Shown here in pieces: positions 59,645 to 64,000 of a DNA stretch of 64,000 nucleotides. Both the position numbers and the translations under genes were made by a program. Origin of the DNA: the human T2T-CHM13v2.0 reference genome, Homo sapiens; the NCBI RefSeq assembly GCF_009914755.1, contig NC_060925.1, one strand, 5' to 3'. Numbering within the stretch: position 1 is the first letter of the stretch; each line of letters starts with the position of its first letter. The notes beneath the pieces are model-generated. The model searched no databases and was not told the DNA's origin. It was given only the letters and a program-made list of their open reading frames with translations.

Positions 59645-59869
59645 GCTGGGGCTTCCCAGCATGGCACTGTTGACATAGGGCAGGGGAATTGTTGATGTGA
59701 GGCTTGTGTCGGGCGTGGCTGGGCGTTTAGCAATATCCCTGGCCCCCACCCACCAGACGCCACCCCAACTTGTGAGCCCCACATGTGTCTCCAGACATTG
59801 CCAAATCTCCCAGGGTACGCTGGGGTGAAGGAGGGAGGGTAGTAAAATCACCCAGGTTGAAAACCACTG
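59645..59869. mobile_element. MER20 (hAT-Charlie MITE)
   Basis: GGCACTGTTGACAT...TTTAGCAATATCCCTGGCC...GTCTCCAGACATTGCCAAAT...GGTTGAAAACCACTG. Confidence 0.8.
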
Positions 59870-60370
59870 CTCTGTCCTACTAGGGGCGGGCCCTGCATTT
59901 GCTGGAATTTGCCAGTAAAGGGCAGAAAGACTTGCTGGAGCTCTGGCAGATGTGTAGGAGTTCGCGTGGGGGACAGGGTGGCGGGGACAGCCTCCCAAGG
60001 GGGAGAATTGAAGACACCTAAGGGCAGTCGTATGAAGCAGTATGAGGGGCACTGCAGGTGGTTCAGTCTGCATGGGGCCCGAGCACAGCCGGTTGAGGGT
60101 TTGTGGGTGGGGGGAAATGCAGCTGGAGAGGGAGGAAAGGTGAGATCCCGGATGGGTGGATGGGTGGACAGGTGGACAGGTGGATGGGTGGACGTGTGTG
60201 AGTGTCTCAGTCCAGGAACTTCATGCCAAGGGCTGGAGGGCAGTGATGGAGAGGTCAGGGGAGGTGACACCCGGTGGTGGGTAGGTCAGGTGAGAGGATC
60301 CGAGGAAGGGAGTAGGGAAGAGAGCCTTTGGGAAGATGGGCATGGCCACCCATCAGAAGTTAGTGCTGGA

Positions 60371-60607
60371 CAGCCTGGCCAACACAATGAAACCCCGTCT
60401 CTACAAAAAATGCAAAAATTAGGCACAGTGGCATGCGCCTGTAGTCCCAGCTACTCAGGAGGCTGAGGCAGGAGAATCCCTTGAACCAGGATGGGGAGGT
60501 TGCAGTGAGCCGAGATCACACCACTGCACTCCAGCCTGGGTGACAGAGTGAGACCTCATTTCAAAAACAACAACAAAAAAAAAAAAAAAAAAGAGAAAAG
60601 AAAGAAA
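60371..60607 (+). mobile_element. 5'-truncated Alu
   Basis: Starts mid left monomer; 16-bp TSD AGAAGTTAGTGCTGGA on both sides. Confidence 0.92.
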
Positions 60608-61006
60608 GAAGTTAGTGCTGGAGTCCAGGAGACTTCCCAGATCTCGGCATCGGACACATGGCGGTGGGGCCGTGGGGATGGTAGGCTTGGGTGTGGAGGT
60701 AGAAGAGAGCGTTCTGTGGGTAACGTGACTCTGCAGACATTTCTTCTCAAAACTTGGATACTATGAGGCCTTTGGAATCTTTTCTGGGACTGATTCCTAG
60801 AGTCCAGGGAGAAAATTGCTGTGGATGACAGGACAGCGGGTTCAGAGTGGCCCAGGAGCAGGTGACTGCACATTTTTGCAAAGAGCAAAAGGGAAACCTG
60901 ACCATCTGCATGGGTCTCTTACCTCCATTCTGAGGACACAAGGCATCTCTTCTCACTGTAGTTTGTCAAAGATCAGTGGCGTAAATAATTGCTAGGTGCT
61001 TGCTCA

Positions 61007-61369
<363 letters not shown>

Positions 61370-61574
61370 AGATTTGCCAGTCTCCTTACTCCTACCACCC
61401 CAAGGGAACCACAGTAACATCCTGCCAGCTGACCTTGTGATCTGGACACACGTATCCCTAACTTCACCCGACACGTTTGGGGGAGTATTTTGGGTTTGCC
61501 TGTCCTCTTCCTTTCCTCCCCTCCTTTTTCTCTCCCTTCCCAAACTGATGTTAGACTGGAGCATGTTCTTCTGA

Positions 61575-62830
<1,256 letters not shown>

Positions 62831-62940
62831 TAAAAGGACCAAAAACAAATGTGCCAAACTGTTGACAGTTTGAGTGTTGAAAATATGTGACTCTTTTGTA
62901 CGTGTTTGAATTACAGATTTTCAAAATTTAAAAAAGCCTT

Positions 62941-63075
62941 GGCCAGACGAGGTGGCTGATGCCTATAAATCCCAGCACTTTGGGAGGCCAAGGTGGGAGG
63001 ATTGCTTGAGGCCAGAAGTTTGAGAATAGCCTGGGCAACATAGTGAGACCCCACCTCTACCAAAAAAAAAAAAAA
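62941..63075 (+). mobile_element. FLAM/Alu monomer
   Basis: GGCCAGACGAGGTGGCTGATGCC...GTGAGACCCCACCTCTAC plus A-tail. Confidence 0.85.
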
Positions 63076-64000
63076 ATCTCAATGAGAGCGTTTTAGGAAG
63101 ATTTGTTTGAGTGGGCTGAGATCTAAGGGACTTGGAGACTCTTGCAGTGGCCTTGCAAGTGATGACTTAAACAGTGAGAGTGAAGGTGGGATTCAGCAAC
63201 TATGGGGGCAGCAATTTACAATGTTTGGCGCTAATGTGGGAAGCCAAGAAGAGGAGGAATTGAGGGAGATGAGGGGTTTGAATCTGGGTGAACTAGAGGT
63301 TGATGATAGAAATTGGCAGCATTGTAGAGGCCAGGAGGGGGCCATTTGAGTCTACAAGGGATGTATGAGTGGGAGCAGGGTCACTGCTGGGGAGATGATA
63401 TTTGGTGGACACGTCAGGTTCACAGGCAGACACTCCCTGGAGCCATGAGAGCAAAGGATCCCACGGAGGGAGGTCCTGTGGAGGGAGAGACCCTCAAAAA
63501 CATCTGTGTGTAAGGAGCAGGAAGAACAGGCGGAGGAGCTGAGACAGAACCTTAGAGAGTGAGTCAGATACTGTCACAAAACTAGGAGCGTTTCAGGTCA
63601 AGGGCATGGTGGTATTTTCAGATACAGTTGAGAGGTAGAGAGAGGATGCTTGTTTTTTGGGCCCGTTCAATTTATCGATTAGGAGGTCATGATCTTGGAA
63701 GAGCATTTTCCCTGCAGGGTCTAGGCCTGAGGTCAGCTTGCTGCTTCTGCAGCCTGAGTGCGTAGAGGGTGACGGAGACCACAGGAAGTGTGGTGGCAGC
63801 AGGAGAGGGCATCGGCTGTGGGTGGTTCTGGCCTGGGCCCCATCCTGGGCTCCGTGGCTGAGACTTGGTTTCAGTGCTCTCCACCAGCAAGTGCTCACTG
63901 AGCTTCTGCCCTCGTGGGCTGCGTCAGGCACCCAGCAAACCCCCAGGGTCCAAGAATCAGCCTCCCAGGTGCACACTCCATGGGAAAATGGCCAGAAACA

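Overview
Primate, almost certainly human, GC-rich genomic DNA with no credible protein-coding exon. The window opens in the last ~1.95 kb of a long Alu-containing 3' UTR on the + strand (AATAAA at 1934-1939). About 21.5 kb of intergenic DNA follows, then a large CpG-island promoter (~23.2-24.7 kb) with a short ATG-less first exon ending at 23940, and more than 40 kb of first intron. From memory of gene layout, this fits H6PD (3' end) followed by SPSB1 (exon 1/intron 1) at 1p36.22; this is not verified by alignment. Much of the rest is transposon debris: >20 Alus (three nested Alu-in-Alu cases with visible target-site duplications, TSDs), MaLR LTRs (THE1, MLT1), MIR/L2/L1 fragments and hAT MITEs (MER53, MER58A, MER20). 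There is also a ~7 kb decayed ERV-L provirus (gag-pol-dUTPase, MLT2B-type LTR) in sense orientation in the intron. The most unusual structure is a second, closely related copy of that provirus's 3'UTR-PPT-LTR pasted into its own integrase gene. Other leads are a palindromic MER53 with a miR-1302-like arm, a GC-box minisatellite followed by a strong splice donor, a ~390-bp pyrimidine tract, and a CTCF site with upstream motif. I see no well-supported novel gene system; the listed ORFs are explained by repeats, low complexity or GC richness. Repeat boundaries are approximate and subfamily calls are from recalled consensus sequences.
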